The position numbers were made by a program, and so were the translations under genes. The notes below the pieces were generated by a model. The model was given only the letters and a program-made list of their open reading frames with translations, searched no databases and was not told the origin of the DNA. From positions 1 to 59,537 of the IMG/VR virus record IMGVR_UViG_3300042154_002141: DNA of 59,537 nucleotides, one strand, 5' to 3'. Positions 1-14,168 of this stretch are shown here, piece after piece (within the stretch, counting starts at the first letter, position 1; each line of letters opens with the position of its first letter). The DNA comes from a virus. Taxonomy: Duplodnaviria > Caudoviricetes.

Positions 1-3000
1 GGTTCCCTGTATGCCTGTGGCACCTTGAATACCTGTAGAGCCAGTCGTTCCTTGCGCACCTACTGAACCTTGAATACCAGTAGCACCTGTTGAGCCCTGA
101 ATACCGGTCGAACCAGTAATACCTTGTAAGCCCGTCGCTCCTGTATTACCTGTAGTTCCAGTTGTACCCTGAGAACCTGTCGCACCGGTCGTACCAGTAA
201 TACCTTGCGCACCTGTTGAACCAGTTGCTCCCGTAGTTCCCTGGGCACCTGTAGAACCCGTAGCACCAGTAGAGCCTATAATACCCTGAGCGCCTGTTGC
301 GCCAGTCGTACCCTGAGCACCGGTTGTGCCTACAGTCCCCTGAGCACCAGTAGCACCCGTTGTTCCCGTAGTTCCTTGAGAACCGGTAGCACCGGTTGTA
401 CCAGTTGTTCCTTGAATACCTGTCGCTCCAGTTGAACCTGTTGTTCCCTGAATACCTGTTGTACCCTGCGTTCCAGTCGTGCCCTGCGAACCAGTGGCTC
501 CTGTACTACCTGTAGCTCCAGTTAGCCCCTGAAGTCCAGTAGTGCCGGTCGTGCCTTGCGCACCTAGTGTGCCCTGAACACCTTGAGAACCGGTAGTTCC
601 GGTAGTTCCTTGTGAGCCAGTTGCGCCTGTTGTTCCAGTCGCGCCTGTAGTTCCTTGTGAGCCAGTTGCGCCTGTTGTTCCTTGAATACCAGTAGAACCT
701 GTCGCACCAGTGGAACCAGTGATACCTTGTGAGCCTGTAGCACCAGTCGTGCCCTGTGCTCCAGTTGTTCCCAGGGTTCCTTGCGCGCCGGTCGCACCAG
801 TTGTGCCTTGAATACCTAGTAAACCTTGAACTCCTTGAGCACCGGTTGCACCAGTGTTACCAGTTGTTCCAGTCGTGCCCTGCGAACCAGTGGCTCCCGT
901 TGCGCCAGTTACACCCTGTAAGCCTGTGGTACCGGTGGCACCCTGAACACCAGTTGAACCTGTCGCTCCTGTTGAGCCTGTAATACCCTGAGACCCGGTC
1001 GCGCCTGTTGTTCCTTGAACACCAGTAGCCCCCGTCGTTCCTTGAATGCCTGTAGAGCCGGTAAGACCTTGAGAACCTGTAGCACCTGTAGAACCTGTTG
1101 CTCCCGTAGTTCCTTGAGAACCATTAGTTCCCGATATACCCTGAATGCCTGTGGCACCCGTTGTTCCAGTTGTGCCTTGTGAACCAATTGCTCCCTGAAT
1201 ACCAGTAGACCCTGTAGCACCGGTCGTACCAGTTGTACCTTGACTTCCGGTTGCTCCCGTAGTTCCCTGGATGCCAGTGGAGCCGGTTGTTCCCTGTATG
1301 CCTGTCGTACCCGTTGTTCCCTGACTTCCGGTCGAACCGGTCAGACCTTGCACACCGGTAGAACCTGTAGTGCCTTGAGTTCCGACACCGCCTTGAATAC
1401 CCTGCGGTCCGGTCGTGCCCTGTGGCCCGGTTGCACCCGTGGTTCCCTGAATACCTGTAGAACCTAGCACACCCTGAACACCCTGCGTACCAGTTGTTCC
1501 TTGCGCACCAGTGTCACCAATGTCACCGGTTCGCTGGAATGTTAGGTAGAATACCTCTGTGTCAGCTGGAGTAAATGTATTTCCGCTAACAAAAGAAATT
1601 GGAACATTGAAATGGTCGTCGTCGTGAACGTGGCTTCCTGTGATGTTAAAGAAAGCAAACTCGTTAGTGTCAGTCTTTTTTGTAGCTTTAAACGTACCCT
1701 TGATTTGAGATGTAGAGTCGTCGATTGTTTGTAGGAAGTTGTATATGTTTACGCCAAGGTCGTCATTGAACGAGATGTACATAACGTTTGCCAGAGTTGG
1801 GTCGGCGTTGTTTAGTCTGAATGTTCCTGTGTCAAGAGTTGCTGGGTCTGTAGTTCCATTGTCAAACTCGTACTCAAATGTTGCACCGCCGAATGAGCCA
1901 GTCAGACCTTGAACACCAGTAGTTCCTTGAGTTCCAGTAGTTCCCTGTGCTCCCGTTGTGCCGGTGGTTCCTTGTGTACCCGTGACACCTTGCGTTCCAG
2001 TTGTACCCTGCGTGCCTGTCTCTCCAGTAGAGCCGGTTGTGCCTTGGCTTCCCGTTGCACCGATTGTTCCTTGCGCGCCATTTGTACCTGAAGTTCCTTG
2101 GCTTCCAATAGTTCCTTGAGAACCCGTTGAACCTACAGCACCTTGGATACCTGTGGAGCCAGTCGTACCCTGAGCACCAGTAGCACCAATTGTGCCCTGA
2201 CTTCCAATGGTTCCTTGTGAGCCTGTAGTTCCAGTTGTTCCTTGAGTTCCGGTCACACCTGTGGTGCCCTGAACGCCTGTCAAACCTTGAGTACCGGTCG
2301 TACCCTGAGGGCCGAGCTGGGTGTACATAACCTGAGTGATACTAACGATTACTGAAGGAGTTACTGGGTGAGTCGGTGATGTCCCTGCAGCACTATGCTC
2401 TAAGGACAAACTTGTATTTGTGCCATGCCAATAAATTTGAACGTAGTCATTGGCACTAGTTGAAGTTCCAGTAAAAGTAAGAGTCATTAACTGGAAAGAT
2501 GGCTCACTTGAAGATTTGCGAGGCTGCAAGGTGACTGTAGTTGCAGAGTTCGGGTAGTCGTTGTTGTTTAGTTTTAGCCAGAACGTTGCTTCTTGAACGG
2601 AGTTTGCGTCATTAGATACCCTTGCAATAACCGTCATTGTGTAGGTTCCTGGATTAGCAATAGTTATTTCGCTACCATCAAGAACTGAAATTCCACTGTA
2701 ACCGTTTGGATAAACTGAGTTTATTGTAACTGCTTGAGCCACGGACGGTGTGACTATTCGTTGGTCTGTAGTGTCAAAGAAAGAGCCGTAGTATCCCTGA
2801 GATCCACCGGCACCTGGAGTTCCGTCTACACCCTGAAGACCTTGAATCGAAAGACCCTGAATACCCTGAACACCTTGTGAGCCAGTCCCTCCAGTAATAC
2901 CCTGGATTCCAGTAGAGCCTATTGTTCCTTGAGCTCCCGTGGCTCCGACTGTTCCTTGCGTACCGGTGGTTCCTTGTGCGCCCGTTGAGCCCGTTGTACC

Positions 3001-4482
3001 TACTGCACCCTGAATACCCGTGTCGCCGGTGGTCCCCGTCGTGCCTTGTGCTCCTGTAGTTCCTTGAGCTCCAGTTGTACCGATTGTGCCTTGAGCACCA
3101 GTGGTCCCTGTTATACCTTGAATACCAGTTGAACCTACTGCACCTTGCGCACCAGTGGTGCCCAGTGCTCCTTGGACGCCAGTTGAACCTGTCACACCCT
3201 GAGAACCGACGTCTCCCGTAAGGCCTTGCGTACCCGTGGTGCCTTGGATACCAGTGGAACCCGTGGTGCCAGTTGTACCCTGAGAACCAGTATTGCCGGT
3301 AGCTCCTGTAATCCCCTGCGCTCCGGTCTCCCCTAGTGTTCCTTGTGCGCCTGTTGTACCTTGAGCACCAGTTGAACCCTTTTCTGTAAATAAATCCCAA
3401 GCCGGGCTAGAGCCTGGTACAACATTAACAACACCATTATCGCGGCAGATGTAGGTAGAACCATTGTAAGTTACTACAAAGTACTCGTTGTAAGTTGCTC
3501 CTGGAGTGTATGGACCTCGAAAATCAAATCCTTGTCCAGTTGCACCTTGTGGGCCTGTTTCACCAGGCAGACCTGTATCGCCAGTTGGACCTGTTGTGCC
3601 TTGTGTACCTGTTGTGCCTTGCGTTCCTTGGATGCCCGTGTTGCCTTGGATACCTGTTGTGCCTTGTGCACCATTAAAACCCTGGATTCCTGTTGTGCCC
3701 TGGGAGCCGACTACTCCCTGAGCTCCAGTTGTGCCAACCGCACCCTGAACACCAGTTGAACCTGTGGTTCCTTGAGCGCCTACATCTCCTGTAATTCCTT
3801 GTGAGCCTGTGACACCTTGTACACCAGTAGAGCCAGTGGTTCCGGTCACACCCTGTGAGCCTGTTGCGCCCGTTGTGCCTTGTGAGCCTGTTATACCTTG
3901 CGAGCCTACAAAACCTGTAGTTCCCTGAGAACCTGTTGTGCCAGTCGTCCCCTGTGCGCCCGTAACACCTTGCAAACCTGTAGAACCTGTTACACCCTGT
4001 ACACCTGTAGAACCTGTTACACCCTGTGCACCGGTATCGCCAGTGTTGCCCTGTGAACCTATTTGACCCTGAACACCTGTAATACCTTGTGAGCCAGTTG
4101 TGCCCTGCGTTCCGGTCACACCCTGAGCTCCAACGGTGCCTTGCGATCCAGTTTGCCCTGCTGCACCCTGTACACCTGTGGAGCCGGTCACACCTTGTGA
4201 GCCTTGAATACCTGTTGTGCCTTGAGCACCGGTAGAGCCTATTACACCTTGTGCTCCAGTTGTACCGAGTATGCCCTGTGTTCCAACTGCGCCTTGAGTA
4301 CCTGTGGCTCCTTGATTGCCCTTAGTGCCTTGAACTCCTTGAGTCCCCTGAGCACCTTCTTGTCCTTGCGGGCCGCCTATGCCAACTTCAACCTTGTTTA
4401 TGACATCTTGAACTATGACCTTGTTCTGGTCACGCTGGTTGATTATTACTTTTCTATTTGTGTCTTCAAACTCTACAGCCAC
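1..4482 (-). CDS. Collagen-like (Gly-X-Y) tail fibre/surface protein, >1490 aa, truncated by left window edge
   Basis: Not in ORF track because no stop lies in the window. GTG at 4482 overlaps the upstream TAG and reads [25 protein letters not shown]. The same frame gives GATGIQGT at position 1 and [11 protein letters not shown] near 2780. Non-collagen inserts at about 3385-3530, 2310-2810 and 1530-1900. Frame spot-checked, not read codon by codon. Confidence 0.85.
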   Translation of the reverse strand, partial: MAVEFEDTNRKVIINQRDQNKVIVQDVINKVEVGIGGPQGQEGAQGTQGVQGTKGNQGATGTQGAVGTQGILGTTGAQGVIGSTGAQGTTGIQGSQGVTGSTGVQGAAGQTGSQGTVGAQGVTGTQGTTGSQGITGVQGQIGSQGNTGDTGAQGVTGSTGVQGVTGSTGLQGVTGAQGTTGTTGSQGTTGFVGSQGITGSQGTTGATGSQGVTGTTGSTGVQGVTGSQGITGDVGAQGTTGSTGVQGAVGTTGAQGVVGSQGTTGIQGFNGAQGTTGIQGNTGIQGTQGTTGTQGTTGPTGDTGLPGETGPQGATGQGFDFRGPYTPGATYNEYFVVTYNGSTYICRDNGVVNVVPGSSPAWDLFTEKGSTGAQGTTGAQGTLGETGAQGITGATGNTGSQGTTGTTGSTGIQGTTGTQGLTGDVGSQGVTGSTGVQGALGTTGAQGAVGSTGIQGITGTTGAQGTIGTTGAQGTTGAQGTTGTTGDTGIQGAVGTTGSTGAQGTTGTQGTVGATGAQGTIGSTGIQGITGGTGSQGVQGIQGLSIQGLQGVDGTPGAGGSQGYYGSFFDTTDQRIVTPSVAQAVTINSVYPNGYSGISVLDGSEITIANPGTYTMTVIARVSNDANSVQEATFWLKLNNNDYPNSATTVTLQPRKSSSEPSFQLMTLTFTGTSTSANDYVQIYWHGTNTSLSLEHSAAGTSPTHPVTPSVIVSITQVMYTQLGPQGTTGTQGLTGVQGTTGVTGTQGTTGTTGSQGTIGSQGTIGATGAQGTTGSTGIQGAVGSTGSQGTIGSQGTSGTNGAQGTIGATGSQGTTGSTGETGTQGTTGTQGVTGTQGTTGTTGAQGTTGTQGTTGVQGLTGSFGGATFEYEFDNGTTDPATLDTGTFRLNNADPTLANVMYISFNDDLGVNIYNFLQTIDDSTSQIKGTFKATKKTDTNEFAFFNITGSHVHDDDHFNVPISFVSGNTFTPADTEVFYLTFQRTGDIGDTGAQGTTGTQGVQGVLGSTGIQGTTGATGPQGTTGPQGIQGGVGTQGTTGSTGVQGLTGSTGSQGTTGTTGIQGTTGSTGIQGTTGATGSQGTTGTTGATGSTGIQGAIGSQGTTGTTGATGIQGISGTNGSQGTTGATGSTGATGSQGLTGSTGIQGTTGATGVQGTTGATGSQGITGSTGATGSTGVQGATGTTGLQGVTGATGATGSQGTTGTTGNTGATGAQGVQGLLGIQGTTGATGAQGTLGTTGAQGTTGATGSQGITGSTGATGSTGIQGTTGATGSQGTTGATGTTGATGSQGTTGTTGSQGVQGTLGAQGTTGTTGLQGLTGATGSTGATGSQGTTGTQGTTGIQGTTGSTGATGIQGTTGTTGATGSQGTTGTTGATGAQGTVGTTGAQGTTGATGAQGIIGSTGATGSTGAQGTTGATGSTGAQGITGTTGATGSQGTTGTTGNTGATGLQGITGSTGIQGSTGATGIQGSVGAQGTTGSTGIQGATGIQGT

Positions 4483-4841
4483 TAGCGCGTCACCTCGGCC
4501 TTAACGTTAAAGTTACCTTCAATAAGACGGGTTACAACGTTAGCCGAAGAGACGAGTTCTAGGTCGTATACATAAAGACCTGCAGTTAAGTTCGCTGTGT
4601 CTGTTGCGGCAATAGTTAGGGTCACGGTTCCAGCTGCGCCGCCTAGTGTGATTCGGCTGTTTTCTGTTGTGAGCGTGATAGCGGTGGTATTAGCGGTAAC
4701 ATTGGATCTAACGTGCATTCTAGCGGTATAGCCGGTAATGTTGTATGGCGAGCGTGCTGAGTCGGTCCAAGTGATGACTCGCGAGAAAGTGGCACCTTGA
4801 TCACAGGATATGTTGTAAACACCAGAAATTGAGCAGCTCAT
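4482..4841 (-). CDS. Phage virion/baseplate-type beta-sandwich protein
   Basis: [11 protein letters not shown]...YVYDLELVS pattern common next to phage fibre genes; coupled to the collagen gene (TAGTG). Confidence 0.55.
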   Translation of the reverse strand: MSCSISGVYNISCDQGATFSRVITWTDSARSPYNITGYTARMHVRSNVTANTTAITLTTENSRITLGGAAGTVTLTIAATDTANLTAGLYVYDLELVSSANVVTRLIEGNFNVKAEVTR

Positions 4842-4926
4842 TGACGTCCTTAGTGGGAGATAACGCTTCTCTTATTTTACCTTAATTATTGCATGGTAAG
4901 TTTTATCGGGTACAATAAAAGTATCT

Positions 4927-5871
4927 ATGTCAAGCAAAAACACCTCATTTTCCGACCTTGGAGGCGAAACTTGGCGCGTTCTTAGGTTTGTAGACGAAAA
5001 TGACAAACGTTGGTCTGCTTTTAACCCGTCCGTGGCCTATTCGCCGGAACATGGGTATGTGATTTTATTTAGGTCCAGTAACTATTTTTTCGACCCTCAG
5101 ACTGGGGATGCGGTTGCCACTATTGGAAATAGGGTTAAAAATAGGATGTTTATGGCCAGCCTCGACAAAAATTGGCAAATAGACAGCTCCACCCTAGAAG
5201 AGATTGATTTTTCCGAATGCGGTCGGTTTTTGCGTGGGCCGGAGGATGGTCGCTTGTATTGGCAAGACGGCGCTTGGCATATTCTTTCTGTAATGCGTGA
5301 GCCGTATATTAGTGACGACATCCCTAGGATTGCTAAATACAAGCTAGACGGCACTAAAGCTGTGCTATTGAAACTCCACACTGAGGGTGATCTGCAGCCG
5401 ATCGAGAAGAACTGGATGCCGTTCTATAAAAAACCAGACGACTGCGACTATGTATATAGTGGCGCATCCGTGTATAAGTCTGAGGTAGGTAAGATATATA
5501 GAAGAGACAAGGACGAGTCTTTATTGAATAAGATTCGTGGGGGTAGTGCTTTGTGGAGCATGGGCGACTATAACTTGGCAATCGTGCATGAGGTTGTGAC
5601 CTGGGAAGAGACCAACTATTCTCCTAGAAAGTTTGGGCTGGTGACTAAAACTAAAAGAAGTTATTTTCACAGATTCGCTCGGTACAGCGACAACGGAACA
5701 CTGACTCACCTCTCTGATAAGTTTAAGCTTTCTGATGCCGACATTGAGTTTGCGGCTGGTTTGGTGGTATGCGGTGATGATGTTGTGGTATCCTATGGGT
5801 ATAAAGATGTGGCCTCGTATCTTGGTAAAATTAAACTGGAAGCAGTTTTAGAAAGTTTGAAGGAAATTTAG
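4927..5871 (+). CDS. Predicted beta-propeller glycosidase-like protein (GH130/GH43-like)
   Basis: FNPSV, GPEDGRL, EKNWMPF, IEFAAGL, VSYGYKD motifs. Confidence 0.55.
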   Translation: MSSKNTSFSDLGGETWRVLRFVDENDKRWSAFNPSVAYSPEHGYVILFRSSNYFFDPQTGDAVATIGNRVKNRMFMASLDKNWQIDSSTLEEIDFSECGRFLRGPEDGRLYWQDGAWHILSVMREPYISDDIPRIAKYKLDGTKAVLLKLHTEGDLQPIEKNWMPFYKKPDDCDYVYSGASVYKSEVGKIYRRDKDESLLNKIRGGSALWSMGDYNLAIVHEVVTWEETNYSPRKFGLVTKTKRSYFHRFARYSDNGTLTHLSDKFKLSDADIEFAAGLVVCGDDVVVSYGYKDVASYLGKIKLEAVLESLKEI

Positions 5872-6101
5872 TGTCCGTAGACGTGCTTGAGAAGCCAGAT
5901 GTTGACCTAGATGTTGATGAAAAAGATGATGATCCTATGGCTCATTATGCGGAGGCGGCAAAGGTCACCGAGGGCTACGTAATGGGAACCCCTGTAGTTG
6001 CCTTGTGTGGTAAAGTTTTTATACCTCACCGCGACCCTCAGAAGCTAAAAGTCTGCCCGATTTGCAAAGACATAGTAGATGCGGTATCATCATTCAAGTA
6101 G
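5871..6101 (+). CDS. DUF3039-like actinobacterial zinc-binding protein
   Basis: VALCGKVFIPHRDP..VCPICK. Confidence 0.75.
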   Translation: MSVDVLEKPDVDLDVDEKDDDPMAHYAEAAKVTEGYVMGTPVVALCGKVFIPHRDPQKLKVCPICKDIVDAVSSFK

Positions 6102-6168
6102 AAAATCGATTTTTGATTTTTGACTTATACTGGAATACCCCACCCTCCCTCATCTAGAAAGATCTCTA

Positions 6169-6390
6169 ATGGTAACCGTTTATACTCTCCCAGCCTGTGT
6201 CCAATGCGATAGCACCAAGCGTATGCTTACAAAGAACGGAACGCCATTTGAAGTAGTTGACCTAAGTCAAGACTCTGAGGCTATGGACATGGTTCGTGAG
6301 CTAGGGTATGCGGCTGCTCCTGTTGTTATTTCAGGTGACACCCACTGGAGTGGATTTCGTCCAGACAAGATTTCATCACTGGCCGAATAG
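6169..6390 (+). CDS. nrdH: Glutaredoxin-like NrdH
   Basis: CVQC active site, WSGFRPDKI, position upstream of nrdIEF. Confidence 0.93.
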   Translation: MVTVYTLPACVQCDSTKRMLTKNGTPFEVVDLSQDSEAMDMVRELGYAAAPVVISGDTHWSGFRPDKISSLAE

Positions 6391-6776
6391 TTAATCATGG
6401 AGATTGTATATTTCTCCAACTATTCTGGCAACACTCATCGGTTTATTGAAAAACTGGACCTACCATCGACTAGAATTCCTATTAGATGGGACGATGAGGC
6501 ACCAACTTTAGTGGACATTGATTACATACTATTTGTACCGACATACGGTGGTGGGAGTGAACCCCACTCTGTTCCTAGGCAAGTAGTTAAGTTTCTCAAT
6601 GTTCCACAAAATAGATCCCACATCAAAGGTGTTGTGGGGTTGGGTAACACAAACTTTGGCGAGCATTACTGTAAAGCCGCAGAAATCGTTTCAGCAAAAA
6701 CGGGAGTTCCATTGCTGCATCGAATAGAAATATTTGGAACTCCTGACGATGTACTCGAAGTTAAAAGGAAGATGGA

Positions 6777-9865
<3,089 letters not shown>

Positions 9866-9915
9866 TGTTTGGTTGTGAGTGCGGTAGCTGCTCTTGCTGC
9901 TCTAATAAGTAAATG

Positions 9916-9946
9916 AGAACCTCTCCCTCGGGAGGGGTTTTCCTTT
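9916..9946 (+). terminator. Intrinsic terminator after nrd operon
   Basis: aacctctccc-tc-gggaggggtt hairpin followed by T residues. Confidence 0.6.
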
Positions 9947-9964
9947 ATGCGGTATGATTGTGAT

Positions 9965-10156
9965 ATGCCTACCTATGAATACAAATGCTCTGAAAATAGC
10001 GAGCACAAATACAGCGAAGAACGCAGCATGTCCGAGGACCAGAAGCAGCTGACTTGCGTTAGCGAGGGTTGCTCTGGTAAACTTCAGAGAGTGTTTACTG
10101 CACCACCAATTAGTTTTAAGGGTGGCGGATTCAGCACTAACAAGCCCTTCGTGTAG
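9965..10156 (+). CDS. FmdB-family zinc-ribbon protein
   Basis: MPTYEYKC...C..C...FKGGGF. Confidence 0.8.
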   Translation: MPTYEYKCSENSEHKYSEERSMSEDQKQLTCVSEGCSGKLQRVFTAPPISFKGGGFSTNKPFV

Positions 10157-10176
10157 AACGAAAGAGACAGAGACGC

Positions 10177-10503
10177 ATGACAATTTTTGTATTCCAGCCA
10201 GAAGAAGACTACCCAGACTTCGAGCTGTATGGTCCGCCTCCTTGCACAGAGTCTAACCCTGAAGCATTTTTCTCGGAAGATGCTCCGGAGGGCTCGATGA
10301 AGAAGGCTCGCGGGCGATACACCTACGAGCGTGAAGCTAAGAAGATATGCGGTGGCTGTGAGTACATGCACGCGTGTCGTGCCTACGCTATGAAGCGTCC
10401 TGAACTTGAAGGAATCTGGGGCGGAACCACTGAGATTGATCGCTCAAAGATTCGTCGCGGTCTTCGTATCACGCCAATCATACCGTCTCGTCGTCATACA
10501 TAA
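10177..10503 (+). CDS. WhiB-family transcription factor
   Basis: C...PEAFF...AKKICGGC....C...GIWGGTTE. Confidence 0.85.
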   Translation: MTIFVFQPEEDYPDFELYGPPPCTESNPEAFFSEDAPEGSMKKARGRYTYEREAKKICGGCEYMHACRAYAMKRPELEGIWGGTTEIDRSKIRRGLRITPIIPSRRHT

Positions 10504-10568
10504 TCTGATGTATAATTGGATTAGACCTGGGAGAGGGTTATTCATTAACCTACCCCTGGGAGATCCAA

Positions 10569-10835
10569 ATGGAAATTGCAAAGAAGATTTTCAAGAGAAC
10601 TATTGCTCTTGTGATCCTAAAAGTTAGCGGTGTTCTAGCCGCTGGTTCAATCGCCGGAGTCGAACTCTGGCAGTCAGCCCTTGTCGCCGCATTTGTTGGT
10701 GTCATGGAAGTTGCTGAGTCTCTAGCACGTGCCTACGTTGTAGACGGTGTTCTTGACGAAGACGAAATCAACGTTGCTTTTGCATCGTCTGCTGAAGCAG
10801 AGGTTGCTAAGAACAAGGCTGCATCAGAACTCTAA
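10569..10835 (+). CDS. Small membrane protein
   Basis: Two hydrophobic segments; GGAG upstream; followed by terminator. Confidence 0.6.
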   Translation: MEIAKKIFKRTIALVILKVSGVLAAGSIAGVELWQSALVAAFVGVMEVAESLARAYVVDGVLDEDEINVAFASSAEAEVAKNKAASEL

Positions 10836-10845
10836 ACTGAGTAAA

Positions 10846-10878
10846 AAGATACCCCCTCTTTCGAGGGGGTATTCTTTT
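10846..10878. terminator. Bidirectional intrinsic terminator
   Basis: ataccccctc-tttc-gagggggtat flanked by A and T runs, between convergent genes. Confidence 0.7.
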
Positions 10879-11353
10879 ACAGGGCGTCTTGTCGACTATT
10901 GAGTCTTGATCGAGTCACTGCATAGTAGAGTGGGTTGGCTGAGCTAAGCCCGAGCTCCTTAGCAAGCTTCGCTAGGGATATCTTGTTGACCTCGTACTCA
11001 TGGCGGATCTGGTCGTGGTATGCGGCTGACCCATCCTCTAGGTGAGCCAACTTAACTCGTACTGCGGCTTCTACCACTTCATGCGGTGAGGACTTGCTGT
11101 TCTTACCTTTTGGCTCTGCTGGAATTTCATCGGTCAAAATTCTTCTGCGGATGCCAGGGTAGGTTACGTCCAGACGCTTTGCCATCTGTATTAGGCTCCC
11201 GCCCTTGCGGTAGAACTCGACTAGGAGTCGAGTGTACTCGCGGGAAGCGTCATGCTGCGGCGACTTGGTTGTTCTAGAGCCGTAGGCTTTTCTAGCTAGC
11301 GGAAGCAGTGGCTCCATCTGTATCGCGTAGTATTCGAAGATCTCTTCGTTCAT
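10877..11353 (-). CDS. Hypothetical protein with two HTH-like segments
   Basis: SLIQMAKRLDVTYPGIRRR and SLAKLAKELGLSSANPLY; GGAG RBS. Confidence 0.55.
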   Translation of the reverse strand: MNEEIFEYYAIQMEPLLPLARKAYGSRTTKSPQHDASREYTRLLVEFYRKGGSLIQMAKRLDVTYPGIRRRILTDEIPAEPKGKNSKSSPHEVVEAAVRVKLAHLEDGSAAYHDQIRHEYEVNKISLAKLAKELGLSSANPLYYAVTRSRLNSRQDAL

Positions 11354-11461
11354 GTTGCTCCTTTTATCTGGTACTTACATAATAATAGGTGTAATGATAA
11401 ATTGCAAACTAATTTTTGCTAATCTTTGTGTTAGAATGTAGTTCTGAAGACAGGAGCCCAA

Positions 11462-11596
11462 ATGGCAAAAGGTAAAGGCGGAGGCGGACAGAAGTCCGGT
11501 CCAGCTCGTAACGACTCACGCACGAACGGTAAGGCTGCTAAGAAGCGTCCAAAGATTTTTGACGCAATCAAGCGCCGACTGGTTACTCGCGACTAA
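11462..11596 (+). CDS. Small basic protein (44 aa), not in ORF track
   Basis: AGGAG RBS; MAKGKGGGGQKSGPARND...KRRLVTRD; TAATG coupling to next gene. Confidence 0.65.
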   Translation: MAKGKGGGGQKSGPARNDSRTNGKAAKKRPKIFDAIKRRLVTRD

Positions 11597-12333
11597 TGGG
11601 TCTTAAGCTCATTGCTTTCGATCTCGATGGGACCCTTGCACCTAGCAAGGGTCCTATTTCGTGCGAGATGGCTAAGGCTCTTAAGAGTCTTCTAGATATC
11701 ACGCAGGTGTGCATCATTAGCGGCGGTACCGAGCAGCAGATTATGTCTCAGGTAGTTAGTAAGCTTCCTGCCGGTGCTAACCTCCGAAACCTACACCTAA
11801 TGCCGACAAGCGGTGCTCGTTACCTCAAGCGCCACTTTGGTCGTTGGCGTACTGTATACTCGGAAGACTTTACTCCAGCTCAGGCTGAGAGAATTATTAG
11901 TGTGTTGCACGTGTCTGCTGCATTGCTTGGGGTGTGGCCGGACAATCCATATGGCGAGGTAATCGACAATCGCGGCTCTCAGATAACATTCTCCGCTCTA
12001 GGGCAAGATGCCCCGTTGGAAGAGAAAGAAGCCTGGGATCCTGATAAATCTAGGCGTGATCAGCTGAGGAGAACCGTAGCTTCAATGCTGCCTGAGTTCG
12101 ATGTGCGGTCAGGTGGGTCTACTAGCATAGACATTACTAGGCTTGGTATCGATAAAAGCTATGGAATCTATGAGCTCTGCAAGCGTACTCACATATCCCC
12201 AGACAGTATTCTGTTTGTTGGAGATCGGCTTGAGCCTGGCGGCAACGACTTCCCTGTTATAGGTACTGGAGTAGACTTTCAGCATGTGTTTAGCCCGGAA
12301 GAGACGCTAGTCCTAATTCGTAATCTGCTGTAA
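11596..12333 (+). CDS. HAD-IIB hydrolase, phosphomannomutase-like
   Basis: FDLDGTLA, RGSQITFSALG, GGSTSIDIT, FVGDRLEPGGND. Confidence 0.85.
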   Translation: MGLKLIAFDLDGTLAPSKGPISCEMAKALKSLLDITQVCIISGGTEQQIMSQVVSKLPAGANLRNLHLMPTSGARYLKRHFGRWRTVYSEDFTPAQAERIISVLHVSAALLGVWPDNPYGEVIDNRGSQITFSALGQDAPLEEKEAWDPDKSRRDQLRRTVASMLPEFDVRSGGSTSIDITRLGIDKSYGIYELCKRTHISPDSILFVGDRLEPGGNDFPVIGTGVDFQHVFSPEETLVLIRNLL

Positions 12334-12342
12334 AATAGAAGC

Positions 12343-12738
12343 ATGGGCTATACAGGAAAAAAGAAACGCGACTACCAGCTCGCCTTTGTAACTAAACGCA
12401 AACGCGAGTGGATTGAGTCCAAGGGCGGTAAGTGCGTCAAGTGTGGCTCTACTCGGAACCTTGAAGTTGATCACAAGGACCAAGACAACAAGACCTTCAA
12501 TCCTCGAGACATCTGGTCTCGTAGCGAAGAGGTTCGTAAGAAAGAGCTTAAGGACTGCCAAGTTCTGTGTGAGTCGTGTCACGAAGACAAGACTGCTCTC
12601 CAGAACAGCAAGAATGGCGAAGCTGCCCTTCTCGCTTGTGGTACAGCAGAAAAGTTTGAGAATGGTTGCCGCTGCTTTACATGTAAAGAAGAACACATCC
12701 TCAGCTGGCGCGATGCGCAAAAATCTGCTACACTTTAA
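12343..12738 (+). CDS. HNH endonuclease
   Basis: CVKCG..NLEVDH...CQVLCESCH. Confidence 0.8.
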   Translation: MGYTGKKKRDYQLAFVTKRKREWIESKGGKCVKCGSTRNLEVDHKDQDNKTFNPRDIWSRSEEVRKKELKDCQVLCESCHEDKTALQNSKNGEAALLACGTAEKFENGCRCFTCKEEHILSWRDAQKSATL

Positions 12739-12759
12739 TTACAACTGAATAGTGTTCAC

Positions 12760-13099
12760 GGGGATGACAGGTTTCGACGTTAAATCTGAAGTCGGTGAAG
12801 CAAGCAGAGACGGCCACGCACTCTTAAGTGTGGCAAACCCCTAAATGCAAACTCACGTTCCGCATTCGCACTAGCAGCGTAGCCTCGCTACTCCGCTAAG
12901 GCCCCTGACAAAGCAGTAGTTCTAGCTGGGCAGTCAGGTTCTAAATAAGTAGAACAACCTGTAGTACGTCGATGCTGTGGACGTTAAACCCCAGCACCAC
13001 AGGATGTGGCAGTTCGGTCCTGGAAATATAAACTGCCTAAGCTTGTAGAAGAACGATTAAATATTTAGCGGACGGGGCTCTCGGATGCCCCCATCTCCA
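12760..13099 (+). ncRNA. ssrA: tmRNA; tag reading frame 12847-12882 encodes (A)ANSRSAFALAA
   Basis: 5' GGGGATGACAGGTTTCGAC; 3' GGAC-T arm-CATCTCCA acceptor; tag ends FALAA; CCA not encoded. Confidence 0.93.
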
Positions 13100-13166
13100 C
13101 TAACCAGACCGTTAGGCGGTCGAACAGGTAATGGCCGTCCGGACGGTCGGCTCGATGCCTGGGGAT

Positions 13167-13198
13167 AAAGCCTCATCTTCGGATGAGGTTTTTATTTT
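13167..13198 (+). terminator. Intrinsic terminator
   Basis: cctcatc-ttcg-gatgagg followed by ttttt. Confidence 0.75.
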
Positions 13199-13239
13199 GT
13201 GTGCTATGATAAGCATGTCCCCTCAATGATAGAAGACGT

Positions 13240-13611
13240 ATGAAAAAGACACTTGCCATTTTTGGCATCGCTGGCCTATTGGCAGCAACACTTTCCGGAT
13301 GCGCTGCAGGGCCTACCACACTTCAGAAGGTTTCTGAAGAGTGCAACCTGTCTGACGGTTTTCGGATTGGTGACGAAGGTAAGACCCTGTCCCTAGACAT
13401 GATGGGTGAAGACGAATACACTGGTGCCAACATCGATGATATCGTCTGCGTAGTTCAGTCGCAGCGTATCAAGATGCCTGAGTTTATCATCAACAGTATC
13501 GAGACTACTCGTGCTCTTGACGGTAAGCAGACTGGTGACTGGGACGGCTTTGAGGCTGAGTGGTCATACCACCCAGACAATGGCCTAGACCTAATGATTC
13601 ACCAGAAGTAG
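13240..13611 (+). CDS. Lipoprotein
   Basis: Signal peptide with lipobox LSGC. Confidence 0.7.
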   Translation: MKKTLAIFGIAGLLAATLSGCAAGPTTLQKVSEECNLSDGFRIGDEGKTLSLDMMGEDEYTGANIDDIVCVVQSQRIKMPEFIINSIETTRALDGKQTGDWDGFEAEWSYHPDNGLDLMIHQK

Positions 13612-13613
13612 TC

Positions 13614-14168
13614 GTGACCGAACTTCCAGACTCTAAGTACCAGGTTATCCTTATGGATCCACCCTGGTCTTATTATGGTGCCCAGGATAAGATGGGTGCA
13701 GCTGCGAAGTTCTATCCGACTATGTCGGACGAAGATCTGATGGCAATGGACATCAAGGGCATTTTGGAAAAGCCTGGAGTGGTTTTTATGTGGGTTACCT
13801 CTCCTCGCTTGGACTTTGCCATCGATCTTCTCCGGCATTGGGGGCTAACTTATCGTGGGGTAGCGTTCACCTGGATTAAGACCAGGGCGGATGGAGTTAC
13901 TCCAATCGGGGCGCAGGGTGTTCGCCCAAGCGTAGTGAAGCCAACAGCCGAGTACGTGCTGGTTGCTTCGAACATTCCTAAAGGCAGACCGCTGCCTATT
14001 TCAGATGAGGGTGTGCCTCATACTATTCTTGCTGCTAAGATGGAGCATTCGCGGAAGCCGGACGAGGTCCACCGCAGGATTGAGCGTCTATACCCAGACG
14101 CTACAAAGCTGGAGATGTTTGCCAGACGTCCAATGGAAGGTTGGAGCGTTTGGGGGAATGAGGTATAG
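13614..14168 (+). CDS. MT-A70-family adenine methyltransferase
   Basis: DPPW catalytic motif, FMWVT, HSRKPD, LEMFAR. Confidence 0.88.
   Translation: MTELPDSKYQVILMDPPWSYYGAQDKMGAAAKFYPTMSDEDLMAMDIKGILEKPGVVFMWVTSPRLDFAIDLLRHWGLTYRGVAFTWIKTRADGVTPIGAQGVRPSVVKPTAEYVLVASNIPKGRPLPISDEGVPHTILAAKMEHSRKPDEVHRRIERLYPDATKLEMFARRPMEGWSVWGNEV

Noticed and set aside
60-4485. Many short ORFs on both strands in the ORF track
   Set aside because: Shadow frames of the repetitive collagen gene
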